A stretch of 64,000 bases of DNA from Azolla caroliniana (GCA_043228905.1 JBHGNT010000010.1:13206001-13270000), one strand, 5' to 3'. Positions 25,359 to 38,090 are shown, numbered from the stretch's first letter. Made by a program: numbers and translations. The notes: generated by a model from the letters alone, not told the origin.

Positions 25359-28300
25359 TGTTGAGAGACAAGCTCAACATCGGCCGGATCAAATGACCGG
25401 ATCGGTTGGGACCGATAGGTTAGGCCGAACCGGTGCGTAAAACGAATGCGTAAACCGGTACACAAACCGGTGCGTAACAAGAGGCCATATCGGTGCGTAG
25501 ACCAAAAGGCCGTTAGAAAGATATTCCTCGTAAGGAATAGTTTTGGGAGTAAGTGTCGAGGCTCATTTATGAGCAGTCAAGTACTGTCAATACTTGTGTC
25601 AGCCCAATTGTCAGGGCTTCTATAAAAGTGCTCACTGAGCACATCCTATGTACAATTTGAGTATTATTTTTTAATTAAGTTCTGTGTTTACTCTATCTCT
25701 CTGTCTCTCCCGTGCGTACTGTGCAAACCTAAGCTTTCCATTAAACCTGCGTTTTCTATTGTTCAGTTTTCTATATTGCTTCCGCACGCAATTCTTTTCA
25801 TGGTATCAGAGCGCGAGGGTTGAGAACCTCTGCAGTCGACTTTGCTTGAAGGGAAAACCAACGAAGAAGGACAAGAAAACTGATGGATAGAGGAATGGCT
25901 AGCTCGCTTCCAACAGAGAAGCTCGATAGAAACAACTACGCATCTTGGTCCTACAAGATGCACCAGTACCTGCTCGGACACGGTTACTAGAGCTATGTCG
26001 ATGGAGCAAATGACACAGCACCCGATTCGACACACAAAGACTTCCCCGCATGGGAACAATCGGTGAGCAGAGTGTTGTACTATTTCGCGTCTTGTGTGGG
26101 CGAACAACTATTAAGCTACGTTCGGGATGCAAAAACGCCGAAGGGTGCGTGGGAAAATCTGAAGAAGATCTTTGCCGCGAGCACCACAACCAGGAAGCTT
26201 CAGCTCCGACAGGAGTTAAGCAACCTACGACAACGCGATTTGTCGGTGGTTGACTATACCTCGAAGATCAAGCACATATGCGACTCCTTAGCTTCCATCG
26301 ATGTGAACATCGAGGAAAGTGAGATGGTCCAGGTCTGTCTCGGGGTTTGGCATCGAAGTTCAAGGCATTCCGAATTGTTGTGTGCACCCGGGAGAATACG
26401 TTGTCGCTTTTCGACTTACAGTCGATGCTCCTGGTAGAGGAGAACCACGCGGGTGCGTCAACGAGCACGCACACCGACAGCAAGATGTTGTACACGGAGG
26501 GAGATAGGCCCCATCGACGTGGAGGACGAGGCGAGTCGGTACGCAATGGAGGTGGCCGACGGGATCAAGGAAGAAGGCACCGAAGTGATGCCGACAGCAA
26601 TTCCGGACCCTCCGGAAACAGGGGGAGTCGAGGCGACGAGAACCGTCAAGGGAAATCCACCGTGGAATGCTGGTACTGTGGCAAGAAAGGCCACATGGAG
26701 AGCGAGTGCTGGAAAAAGCACGCTGAGTCGGAGAGGACCGGTTCCGGATCTAGTTCCGGACATACCGACAAAGGAAACCGACAGCGATCGCACTACGCCG
26801 AAGGATCCGGAGAAGCTGGAAAAGGGTCAGTCTCAAGACACGAAGCAAACTCAATGAAGCAGTCCGCCCCGAAATCGGACGAGGTGTGGTACGTCGACTA
26901 CGGAGCGTCAAAGAACATGACGTGCCACGAGGAGTGGTTCTCATATCTTGAGAAACCGACGCAACCAAGAGTAGTCGCACCGGAGACGACACTCCGCATC
27001 CGATCGCGAATGTCGGTGAAGTCTCCTTGAGCCATGTCAGGCAAAAAGGGAAACTTATGAACGTGTTACACGTCCCGACCATCACGAAGAATCTGGTGTT
27101 CGGTTTACACACCTCGGGTGCTTCATTGAGGAAGAAGGCCGTATTATTGCGCAAGGCCGCAGAGATGGGAGGATGTTCATCCTCGACTCTACTGATGGTG
27201 ACACCGCAATGTTCACGGAGGGACAAAAAGTCGAGTCGAACATTGACTTATGGCACAAGCGGATAGGTGATCGAAACAAGTGGTGTTCGGATTGCCCAAA
27301 TTTAGTGACCGGAAGGCACAAATTTGTGAAGCCTGCCAGCTTGGGAAGCAACACCAACTTCCCTTCCCCAATGGAGCGTAACCAGAGCCGGAAAAAGCTC
27401 GACTTGATACACTCCGATGTGTGGGGGCCGACACAAAACATTAGTCTTGGCGGGAGCCAATATTTTGTCTCCTTCATCGACGACTACACGCGGCACACGT
27501 GAATCTACCTCATTGAGAGGAAGAGCAAAGTCTTCGACTATTTCCGGGACCTCAAAGGGTTCATGGAAACGGAAACAGCACGAAAGAACAAGTGCCTGCG
27601 GTCGGATGGCGGAAAAGAGTACTTTTCCGATCAATTCAACGGTTATCTACAACATATGGGAATTCGGCGTGAATTCAGTTGTAGATACACGCCGGAGCAA
27701 AACGGCGTGGCCGAGAGGAAGAATTGGTTGGTTGTGGAAGCGGCACGGGCAATGCTAGAGGAGAAGAGCTTGCCCAAGTTCTACTGGGCCGAGGCGGTAT
27801 TGACCGCGGTATACATCCAAAACCGGATCGGAGACAAAGTGTCGGCGCACGAGCTATATTTCGGAATGAAGCCGAACTTGCGACACTTACGAGTTTTCGG
27901 TAGCATTGCGTATGTGCATGTGCCGAAGGAGAAAAGGAGGAAGTTGGACGCGAAAGCCGAGAAGTGTATCTTGGTCGGCTATTCGGACGAACAGAAGGGT
28001 TATAAGTGCTATAACCCACTAACCAAACAAGAGCGCGTGAGCCGTGATGTTGTGTTTGACGAGTCCGCGTCCTGGTACTTGCCTCCGACTCCGGACCTCA
28101 CCTCCAATCCGAGTTCTGACGATGAGGTCAGCGAAGCCGAGATGCCTCCGGATGAGCCTGAAATCGGGACCCGCGAAGAGAGTCCGATTTCGTTTCAGTT
28201 AAGTGGACCGAATGAATGACTGAGTCGGTTCGACTAGTCCGATGAAGAGCCGGCGAGTAGTGGAGACTCGGTCGTGCATTCCCCGTGTAGGAAGCCGAAG

Positions 28301-31076
28301 AGACGGCTTTCGCGCAAAGAGAAAGGGAAGAAGAAGGTGTCGGATTCTGGCACGAACAGGAATGAGTCAGACCGACGCGAGTCCGACTCCGAGGGAAGCG
28401 GTGACAGGTCTTCAAGAGCGAAGTCTGTGTCGGCCGGGAAGACCTCGACATCGGTTAATGACCGATTACGCCGATCTACCCGCCAGAAGAACCCAGTTGT
28501 GCAGTTCCGATACAACGAGTACATGGTGCATCATTATGCGTACATGACCCGTGTAACGGAAGTGCGTAAGCCGGAGAGCTACACAAAAGCAGCTAAGGAC
28601 GCGAATTAACGCACCGCGATGGAGGAAGAGATGCACGCATTGGCGGAAAATGAGACCTGGGACCTGGTTGACACACCGAAGGGTGTGAAGCCGATCGGAT
28701 GTAGGTGGGTGTACAAGGTCAAGTACAACACCGATGGCTCGGTCAACCGATACAAGGCCCGGTTAGTGGCAAAAGCTACGCGCAAAAACACGGCATCGAT
28801 TACGATGAGACGTTTGCGCCGATCGTGAAGATGACGATCGTCCATGTTTTGGTCGCCGTAGCTGCGGCAAAGGGGTGGCACTTACATCAGATGGATGTAA
28901 AGAATGCGTTCCTGCAAGGTGAGCTTGAGGAACAGGTGTACATGGTACAACCCCCCAGATTTCACTCCGGAACGAACACTTCAGCGGTGTGCCGATTGAA
29001 GAAGTCCCTTTACGGACCGAAGCAAGCCCCGTGTGCCTGGAACGCGAAGATCATGCAGCAACTGCGTTGGTTGGGGTTTGCAACGTCCAAATCAGACTCT
29101 TCCCTGTTCATCCGGAAAAGTCGACTCGGGCCGGTTAGTATTTTACTATATGTTGATGACTTGGTCATCACCGGCGCCAACCTAGGTGAAATCGACCGCG
29201 TGAAGCTCCAACTTGCGGCATCATTCGACATTAAGGATCTAGGGGACGTTCATTACTTCCTTGGGATCGAAGTGATTTGCACCCCCGAAGGCATACTGAT
29301 CAGCCAACGGCATTACGCGTTGAATATGCTCTCCAAATTCAGGATGGCCGACTGTAAGTCCGTCTTGACTCCTCTGGATAGAACCATCAAGCTTCGCCCC
29401 AATTTCGGCAAGGTTTGCGATCCGACAAGGTTTCGACAAATTGTCGGAAGCCTTATCTACTTGACAATCACTCGACCCGATCTCAGTTATCCGGTCGGGG
29501 TGATCAGTCAGTTTATGGCGCGACTTACCGAGGAGCACCTTCAGTGTCCGCAATGCGTACTACGGTACATAAGCGGCACTAAGGACCAGGGACTGCTATT
29601 TCAGACCGGTCTAGCCCCACAGTTGGTCGGCTACACCGATGCTGATTGGGCTGGCAATGCCGCTGATCGCTGATCCACGTCTGGATATGCGTTCTCTCTT
29701 GGGAGTGGCGCGATCGCGTGGAGCAGTAAGAAGCAACCAACAGTTGCACTTTCGAGCACCGAAGCCGAGTATAGAGGAGTAGTTTTCGTGACATGCGAAG
29801 CCATATGGTTGAAGCGGCTACTTAAGGATCTGCAGGTGGAGGTGTTTGATCCGACGACGCTCTACTATGACAACCTCAGCAGCATTCAGGTCGCGAAGAA
29901 CCCCGTCTTCCACGCACGGACCAAGCACATTGAGGTGCACTACCATTTTGTCCGTGAGCGTGTCCTTCCTGGTGAAGTCGAACTTCAGTATGTTCCGACG
30001 GATCGGCAGACCGCTGACATCTTCACCAAGCCTCTTATTCTAGACAAGTTGCGGCAATTCTCGAGTGCGCTTGGGTTGCATCACCTCGACGTGCCGAACT
30101 TGAGGGGGAGAGACGTCCCAGATGACCATGGAAGGGAGCAGGAAAGGAGCGAAAAAGACCGTGGCACCGAGACGGATGATGAATTCGACTTCGGATCGGC
30201 TGAAGAAGCCGAGAGCGGATCCGCAAAAGAGTCTGAAAGCGGACATAAGGGGAGAAGCCAGAAGAAAGAGCCAAAGCCAACCAAGCATGGGGGAGATGAC
30301 GCCGTCAAGAGCAAGAAGACCGAAGATGAGTTGGAGACAGCCAACTCGGACGAGAGTGAAAACCGATCAGAGGTAGCCGAGTCGGTTTCGGATGTTTGAT
30401 TCAGATACACTGAATCAACCGAGGGCCAAGCGGAAAAGAAGGCAGTAGGAGAAGCGCCAGCACCGCGACAACAAGGTAGCTGTGAAGGGTCGTTAGAGCA
30501 GACAAGCCGACCGGAAGGGTCGAAGCGCGCGGAGTCGAACTAGCCTAGGAGTGCAAGCAAGGCGTGGAGCCAGGAGGAACCGGAACGGTGATCCCGAAGA
30601 TCCTGAAGAGCCTCAAGTTGAGCTTGAGGGGGAGTGTTGAGAGACAAGCTCAACATCGGCTGGATCGGTTGAGCAAGCCGAGGACCGGATCGGTTGGGAC
30701 CAATCGGTTAGGCCGAACCGGTGCGTAAAACGGATGCGTAAACCGGTGCGTAACGAGAGGCCGTATCGGTGCGTAGACCGAAAGGCTGTTAGAAAGATAT
30801 TCCTCGTAAGGAATAGTTTTGGGAGTAAGTGTCGAGGCTCATTTATGAGCAGTCAAGTACTATCAGTACTTGTGTCAGCCCGATTGTCAGGGCTTGTATA
30901 AAAGTGCTCATTGAGCACATCCTATGTACAGATTGAGTATTATTTTTGAATTAAGTTTTCTGTTTACTCTATCTCTCTGTCTCTCTCGTGCATAATGTGC
31001 AAACCTAAGCTTTCCATTAAACCTGCGTTTTCTGTTGTTCAGTTTTCTATATTGCTTTCGCACGCAATTCTTTTCA
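25359..31076 (+). mobile_element. Ty1/copia element X (family A), near full length, ORF disrupted
   Basis: LTRs at 25359-25800 and 30635-31076. PBS TGGTATCAGAGC at 25801-25812 and PPT TTGAGGGGGAG. Motifs: gag zinc knuckle [63 protein letters not shown]. No TSD. Confidence 0.95.
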
Positions 31077-32489
31077 CGAACCGACTCGGCTCTCTTTGTG
31101 GCCTTTTTGCCATAGTACCAGCATTCCGCGATAGATTTACCTTGCCGGTTCTCGTCGTCTCGACTCCCCCTGTTTCCGGAGGGTCTGGAATTGCTGTCGG
31201 CATCACTTCGGTGCCTTCTTCCTTGATCCCGTCGGCCGCCTCCATTGCGTACAGACTCGCCTCGTCCTCCACATCCACGGGGCCTATCTCCCTCCGTGTA
31301 CAACATCTTGTTGTCGGTGTGCTTGCTCGTTGACGCACCCGCGTGGTTCTCCTCTACCAGGAGCATCGACTGTAAGTCGAAAAGCGACGACATATTCTCC
31401 CGAGTACACACAGCAATTTGGAACGCCCCGAACTTCGATGCCAAACCCCCGAGACAGACCTGGACTATCTCTCTTTCCTTGATGTTCACATCAATGGAAG
31501 CTTGATCTTCGAGGTATAGTCAGCCACCGACAAATCACGTTGTCGTAGGTTGCTTAACTCCTGTCGGAGCTAAATCTTCCTGGCTGTGGTGCTCACGGCA
31601 AAGACCTTCTTCAGATTTTCCCACGCACCCTTCGGCATTTTTGCATCCCGAACGTAGCTTAATAGTTGTTCGCCCACACAAGACGCGAAACAGTATAACA
31701 CTCTACTCGCCGATTGTTCCCACGCGGGGAAGTCTTTGTGTGTCGAATCGGGTGCTGTGTCATTTGCTCCATCGACATAGCTCTAGTAATCGTGTCCGAG
31801 CAGGTACTGGTGCATCTTGTAGGACCAAGATGCGTAGTTGTTTCTGTCAAGCTTCTCTGTTGGAAGCGAGCTAGCCATTCCTCTATCCATCAGTTTTCTT
31901 GTCCTTCTTCGTTGGTTTTCCCTTCAAGCAAAGTCGACTGCAGAGGTTCTCAACCTTCGCGCTCTGATACCATGAAAAGAATTGCGTGCGGAAGCAATAT
32001 AGAAAACTGAACAACAGAAAACGCAGGTTTAATGGAAAGCTTAGGTTTGCACATTAGGCACGGGAGAGACAGAGAGATAGAGTAAACAGAAAACTTAATT
32101 CAAAAATAATACTCAATCTGTACATAGGATGTGCTCAATGAGCACTTTTATACAAGCCCTGACAATCGGGCTGACACAAGTATTGATAGTACTTGACTGC
32201 TCATAAATGAGCCTCGACACTTACTCCCAAAACTATTCCTTACGAGGAATATCTTTCTAATAGCCTTTCGGTCTACGCACCGATACGGCCTCTCGTTACG
32301 CACCGGTTTTGCGTACCGGTTTACGCATCCGTTTTACGCACCGGTTCGGCCTAACCGATTGGTCCCAACCGATCCGGTCCTCGGCTTGCTCAACCGATCC
32401 AGCCGATGTTGAGCTTGTCTCTCAACAGTAACTCTAGAACCAATGATGGTGACGATGGTAACTCCAGAAGCAAGAGCGATGACGAAGAC
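31077..32489 (-). repeat. Inverted copy (Y) of element X's flank + 5' LTR + PBS + gag
   Basis: LTR at 31973-32427, PBS at 31961-31972, gag up to the zinc knuckle at ~31098. 32428-32489 is the reverse complement of 25297-25358 (59/62 by eye). Confidence 0.93.
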
Positions 32490-33057
32490 GGGTAATGCTT
32501 CCAGTTGGAAGGGATTCAAACTATCACAGACACAACAACGCTAGACTACGACAAAGCACAGATGACGAGGCTACAACCGATAAGGTTACGAACACTGAAC
32601 TGGACGTGATGAGGCTAGAAATTCGGGAAGTTGGGAGCGATGAGATGAGGAACTTAAGACACTAGGAACAAATACAAGAGCATAAAGACAAAGATGTAAA
32701 TCAAGGAGAGATGATGGGGCTAAACAAGAATACTAGATTGATGTGTCAATGACTAGTGTTGAATCCCTTGAAAAGGACCAAGGAGGTTACAAGTATTTAT
32801 ATTGTGAGTTGAAGTACATGCATTAGAATATTTTGGAGAATATTCGAGAGAATATTGTAGAACCCTCTAGAACCTTCTAGTTCTAGAACTTTCTATAAAC
32901 TCCTAGAACTTGAAATAGATAATGTACTAATAATCTACTAAGATATACATAACATGACCATATATTTGGATGTGTTGGTTAGAACACAACACTTGATTAT
33001 ATATGTCAAGAGGTTAAGAGTTCAAATCTTGACGTGACTATTGTCATGTCCGTGACA
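32428..33057 (-). mobile_element. Partial LTR of a second chromovirus-like family
   Basis: Minus strand starts TGTCACGGACATGACA, resembling the TGTCATGA start of the 13073-18828 LTRs. It has a similar TCTAGAA array at 32820-32910 and a TATA-like box at ~32794-32801. Confidence 0.6.
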
Positions 33058-36000
33058 CCGTAGAGGAAGAAAGAACAAAGGGGGGAGATAAACAAAAAAA
33101 GGAAGCTGAGTCGACCGAAGGAGTTTGCACATGCGAACAACTTGGAGAAAACAGCAACAACGGCAGAGTCAAGAAGGACAAAGCTAACCGAAAGAAGGCC
33201 AAGACGCGGACGTGGTCCGATGTGGTGAAGGGCCTAAAAATGGAAGACGAGTTGGAGACTACCAACTCGAACAAGAGCTAGAACGAATCAGAGACAACCG
33301 ATTCGGTTCAACAGATGGATTCAGAAGAGTTAGATCTACTAAAGGCCAAGCGGACACGAATGCAATGGAAGTCGAAGCCAACACGGAGGAGCCGACGGGT
33401 CGACAACCGCCAGAGTCGTAGTAGCGAGGGAGCTGAAATGGGCCTGTTGAGTAGATAAGCTGACCGAGGAGATCGAGGTGCGCAGAACCAGAAGGGTCGC
33501 GACAAACGGAACCGGACCGGACGAGGAGCGCGAACAAAGGTGAAACGACGCTAGAAGGAGCTGGGTGGAAGGACTAGTTGCCACAAACATCGACACCACG
33601 ATCCGACCTCAAGTTGAGCTTGAGGGGGACTGTTGAGCGGGCAAGCTCAACCGGATCCGGATCGGGGAGCAGGATTCAAATGTGAACTAAGGCTAGTAGT
33701 AGCCTAAACACATCTTGACTACTAGGTAGTCAAAGTCCTCATAGTTAGTGGTAGTCACTCGTATGAGCATCGAAGTACATGGTACTTCTGTCAGTCCTCC
33801 AAGGACTTGTATAAATAGTGTTGTCAAGCATATTGTACATACAAAGTCATTTTTTTAATAGAGTTTATGTTCTACTCTTTCTTTGTCTCTCCCGTGCATA
33901 TTCTCTGTGTTAAGCTTCCATTGAACCTTTCTCTCTAATTGTTGCTATCCAGTAGAGCTGGTTTGTAATACGCTTCCACACGTTCACATTTACAAGTAGT
34001 AATAGGAAGTCTCCTCCATCGAACTTCTTCAAGGACATGTAGTGGTTGGCCTATGTCTTGTGGTATCCTTGATCGGTCATGAAGGAGTCGAACTTCCGGT
34101 ACCATTGCCGGGGAGTTTGCTTCAGTCCGTATAAACTCTTCTTCAACCAACATACCGGGTTCTCCTTCCCTTTCTTCACAAACCCCTCTGGTTGTTGCAT
34201 GTAGATCTCTTCTTTGAGGTCACCGTGCAGGAACGTTGTCTTGACGTCTAGCTACTCGACCTCGAGGTCCATGCTTGCCACAATGCTCAACACATTCCGG
34301 ATGGATGTCATCTTGACTACCGGGGCAAAGATCTTGTCGAAATCCACTCCCTTTTTCTGTTGGAAGCCCTTCACCACGATCTGGGCTTTGTATCTCGGTG
34401 GATTTTTGGCATCTCCCGGTTTCAGCTTGTACACCCACTTGTTCCGGAGCGCTCTCCTTCCTTTCGGCAACTCTGTCAATTCATATGTGTGGTTCTTATG
34501 TAGGGAATCCATCTCGTCCTGCATGACACTTAACCACTTGTGGTTGTGAGTGTCTTTCTTCGCTTCCTCGAAGCTTTCTAGCTCCCCCTCGTCAGTCAAC
34601 AACACATGCTCTGCATCCGGAAATCTCCAGAGGGTTCTTCTCTCCCTGAGGGTATATCTCCTTCCTTGGTCATCGACCACCGGTTCCTCCGTTTGTTCTT
34701 CTTCCAAATCCGATTCGGGATCTTGTCCGGTTCCGGTGTCTGATTCTTCTTCGGTCAGTTCGGGTCTTTGTCCAAATCCGGCTGGTTCATCATGGTTCTT
34801 GTCTAACATCCGGCTTCCGACCGGTTGTGTCCTAGCATCTTCCAACCGATCTCTGTCGGTCGATCCGGAGTGCACTATCTTCTTCTCCGACTTCTAGTCG
34901 GCAATAGTCTTGTCTTCCATGAAGTCTATGTCTCGAATCCGGAACACCTTCTTGTCGACCAAGTCCCACACTCGGTACACGAACTCATCATCAATGTATC
35001 CAAGGAATATGCATGGTTGGGACTTTGGATTCAATTTTGCTCTCTTGTCCTTTGCAACATGCACGTAAGCAAGACAACCAAACACCTTCAGATGCCGGTA
35101 AGACACGTCTTTACCGGTCCATACTTTCTGTGGTGAGTCTCCTTCGAAGGGCATTGAGGTTGATCTATTTATCACGTACATCGCTGTCATTAGCGCCTTA
35201 GCCCAAAACGTCTTGGGCAGCTTAGCATGTGCCAACATGCTCCGAACTCTCTCCATCACAGTCTGGTTCATTCTTTCGGCCAATCCGTTTAGTTTCAGTG
35301 TCTTCGGCACGTTGAATTTGAGTCGGATTCCCTTTGACCGGCAAGACTCCTTGAATTGCCCCCGGTATTCGCCTATGTTGTCCGCTCGAACCGCCTTTAG
35401 CTTCCAACCGGTTTCCCTTTCCACTCTCGCGTGGAACTCCTTGAAGACGAACAACACCTGATTCTTTGTCTTCAATGGTGAGACCCACAACTTCCGGATG
35501 TGGTCGTCTATGAACGTCACGAAGTATTGTGATCCGGCATGTGACTTTGTGTCCACTTGGCATACATCGGTATGCATGAGTTCCAGCGGTGCATTCCGTC
35601 TCGTCGATGGTCTTATCCGGAAAGAGGTTTGGTTTTGCTTGCCGGTCAAGCAATCGGTGCACTTCTCAAGTTGCACGTCTTTCACTTCTAAAATGAGGTT
35701 ATCTTCGGCAAGTCTTCTCATCCCTTTCTGGCTCATGTGGCACAACCTCTTGTGCCAGAGTTCAGCGGCATTGTCGGATGCTTCCTTTGTTAAATTTCAT
35801 GACTCCGTTCCGGATGCTACCCATGTAGCCTTCATCATCCAACCGACCGGCTGATATTAGGTTCAACCGAACCTCCGGAACGTGTCAGACATCCTTCAAC
35901 AACAATCTGCACCCAATTGACGTAGTCAACCACACATCTCCTATGCCGACAATCTAGCATGCACCTTCATTTCTCATCCGGACAGAACTGTGATCTCCAG

Positions 36001-37867
36001 CTTTGTAAAATGAGAAGCACTTCTAGTTGGGGGTCAGATGGAACGATGCGCCGGAGTTGACCACCCATGTCGTTTCGTCGCTAACAAGATGCAACTCACT
36101 CTCCTTGGTGATTAACAGTAGTTCTTCTTCATTTGTCGTGATTGCCAACGTTCCTTTCCGATCCGAAATTCTTCGGTCTGGACCCTTCTTTGAGTCGGCA
36201 TTGTCGGTTCCTTTCTCCTTCCGGAATAGTCGGCAATCCTTCTGGAAGTGCCCCGACTTTCCTTAAAAAAAGCAAGTGGGCCTCCCCCTTGACTTCGACC
36301 TCGTCCCCAAATTGTCTAGGTTTTGGGGACTCCGATTCCGGCCTCTTCCCTAGTTATGGTCATCTTCCGTGACCAAGGCCTTCGGATTGGTTGCGGACTC
36401 CCAGTCCTTCTGGTGAGCATCTTCAAAAAGGACAATTCTTTTCCTTCCGGCTTGGCTTTGCCCAAAGTGACAACTAACGTCTCCCAACTGTCTGCGAGGG
36501 AACCGAGCAGCAACAACGCGAATACCTCGTCGGCTAGAGGTACTTCCAACGAGGTTGTTTGATTTACGAGCCCCTGTAATGCATTCATGTGCTCCGCCAT
36601 GTTGGATTCGTCATGGTACCGGAGTCTCACTAACTTCTGGAATACCAAAACCCGATTTACGACATTTTTACTCTCCAACATGGTACCGATTTTCTCCCAG
36701 AGCACATGAACCTTGCTTTCTTCATTGAAGTTGTTGTACAATTTCATGTTGATGAAGCACCTAATGTATGTCGTCGTCTTCATATGCATCACCTCCCACG
36801 TCGTGGCATCGATCTTGTTCGGTTTCTTGTCCTCGAACTGTACCGGCAACCAATGATCTTTGACCATGAGCATGTCCCTCATCTTCGACTTCCACACTGG
36901 GTAGTTGGAGCCGGTGAGCTTGAACATGCTTCCGAATGACTCTTCCATTTGTTGTTCGCTCTGATACCAGTTTGTGCGGAATAGGTACTCGACCACAACT
37001 GAGTCTTAAACACTCAATGGAAGAAAACAGAAAAAAACAGAAAAAAGATGAACACAAGATATTAACGTGGAAAACCCTAATATGGAAAAACTACGGGAGC
37101 CCATAGACTCCAACTATCACTATAAGAAGAGGATACAATGCAAGGCTTGAGAGGCAACGACCTCGAGCCCTATGTCATCGCCAACCGGTGGTTACAATAG
37201 AAAACTTTCTGTATCTCGCGCTCTATGTGTGTCTATACAACGATAATGATAACAACAACTATAACTCTTCAACCCTACAAAGTGGTTGCCCTAAGTCATA
37301 TTTATAATTATATGACTTTAGAACTATTTACAAATATGGCCAAGACAGGCACACTAGAAACATATTTACAGATATGTCCATGGATCTGGTTCACACCGGA
37401 TCTGTCCGGTTCGGTTCCTTCCTTCAGCTTGTCCGATTTGTCTCATCCAGATCCCATCCGGAGGGACTGAATTCCCAACTGTATTCACCCTATGTGGATG
37501 GGTTCTTCAAGTAGGACAATGCTTATTGAAGGCAATATCTCATTATGAAAGGGCAATGGTATTCTAGATTTAGGTCATAACCATGACTTCTAAATTTTAT
37601 TCGGGGAAAAAACCTATGCATCAATTGACATACACAACATTTTGATAAAGATGAAGTTGTAAATCCCAATATGAGACTCACCGTATCTTTCTTAAATCCC
37701 AAAACAAAGATAAATACATATGGTGTGGTGGAAGAAAGTACTTACCAGATGTTGATGGAGGTTTTGGTTCGGATGTGGGTGCAAGCGCATGTGTAGCAGG
37801 TTTCAAATATTCAAAAATAGGGGAAAAAGGATTTATGCAGGGTTTTAATAATGCTGAAGTTGTGCTC

Positions 37868-38090
37868 GGGTTAGGTTAGAAGGTTCAAGTTAGGTGCTCA
37901 ACCTGGGTTAGGTTCGAAGGACTGGGTTAGGTTTACAGGATTACAAGGCCCGATGTAGAGTCCGGGTTAGGTTTAGATAATTACATTGCTTGGGTTAGGT
38001 AATGAGAGTCCGAGCTAGGTAATCAAATGGCATCATCACTGCCCGGGTTAAATATGATAGAGGCTCGTCAGACTTGGGTTAGGTTTTAGG
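37868..38090. repeat. Cluster of dispersed GGGTTAGGT motifs
   Basis: At least six copies of GGGTTAGGT plus variants, irregularly spaced, ~450-670 bp upstream of the ORTHRUS start codon. Confidence 0.7.

Larger units (their letters stand above)
22121..33994 (+). mobile_element. Ty1/copia element C nested in the RT of D; own RT-RH missing
   Basis: LTRs at 22121-22605 and 33631-33994. TSD AGCAG/AGTAG (4/5 match). PBS TGGTATCAAAG at 22606. Gag-PR-INT at 22699-24755, and the 3' tail resumes at ~33060. Confidence 0.9.
20664..37480 (-). mobile_element. Ty1/copia element D (Tnt1/Tork-like), split by a nested block
   Basis: LTRs at 20664-21125 and 36973-37480. TSD GTATC/GTATT (4/5 match). PBS TGGTATCAGAGC at 36958-36969 and PPT AAGGGGGAGCT. 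Gag is ORF 36316..36996, integrase is ORF 34894..35745, RT/RH lies at 33995-34550 and 21150-22120. Confidence 0.92.

Noticed and set aside
25801-25812. TGGTATCAGAGC matches to tRNA-Met here and after other LTRs
   Set aside because: These are 11-12-nt primer binding sites, not tRNA genes; no cloverleaf is present.
303-37480. Frequent Trp/Arg/Gln codons changed to stops, superficially like RNA-editing sites or RIP
   Set aside because: This is the expected result of deamination of methylated CG/CHG in silenced plant TEs; frameshifts co-occur, so editing would not restore the ORFs.
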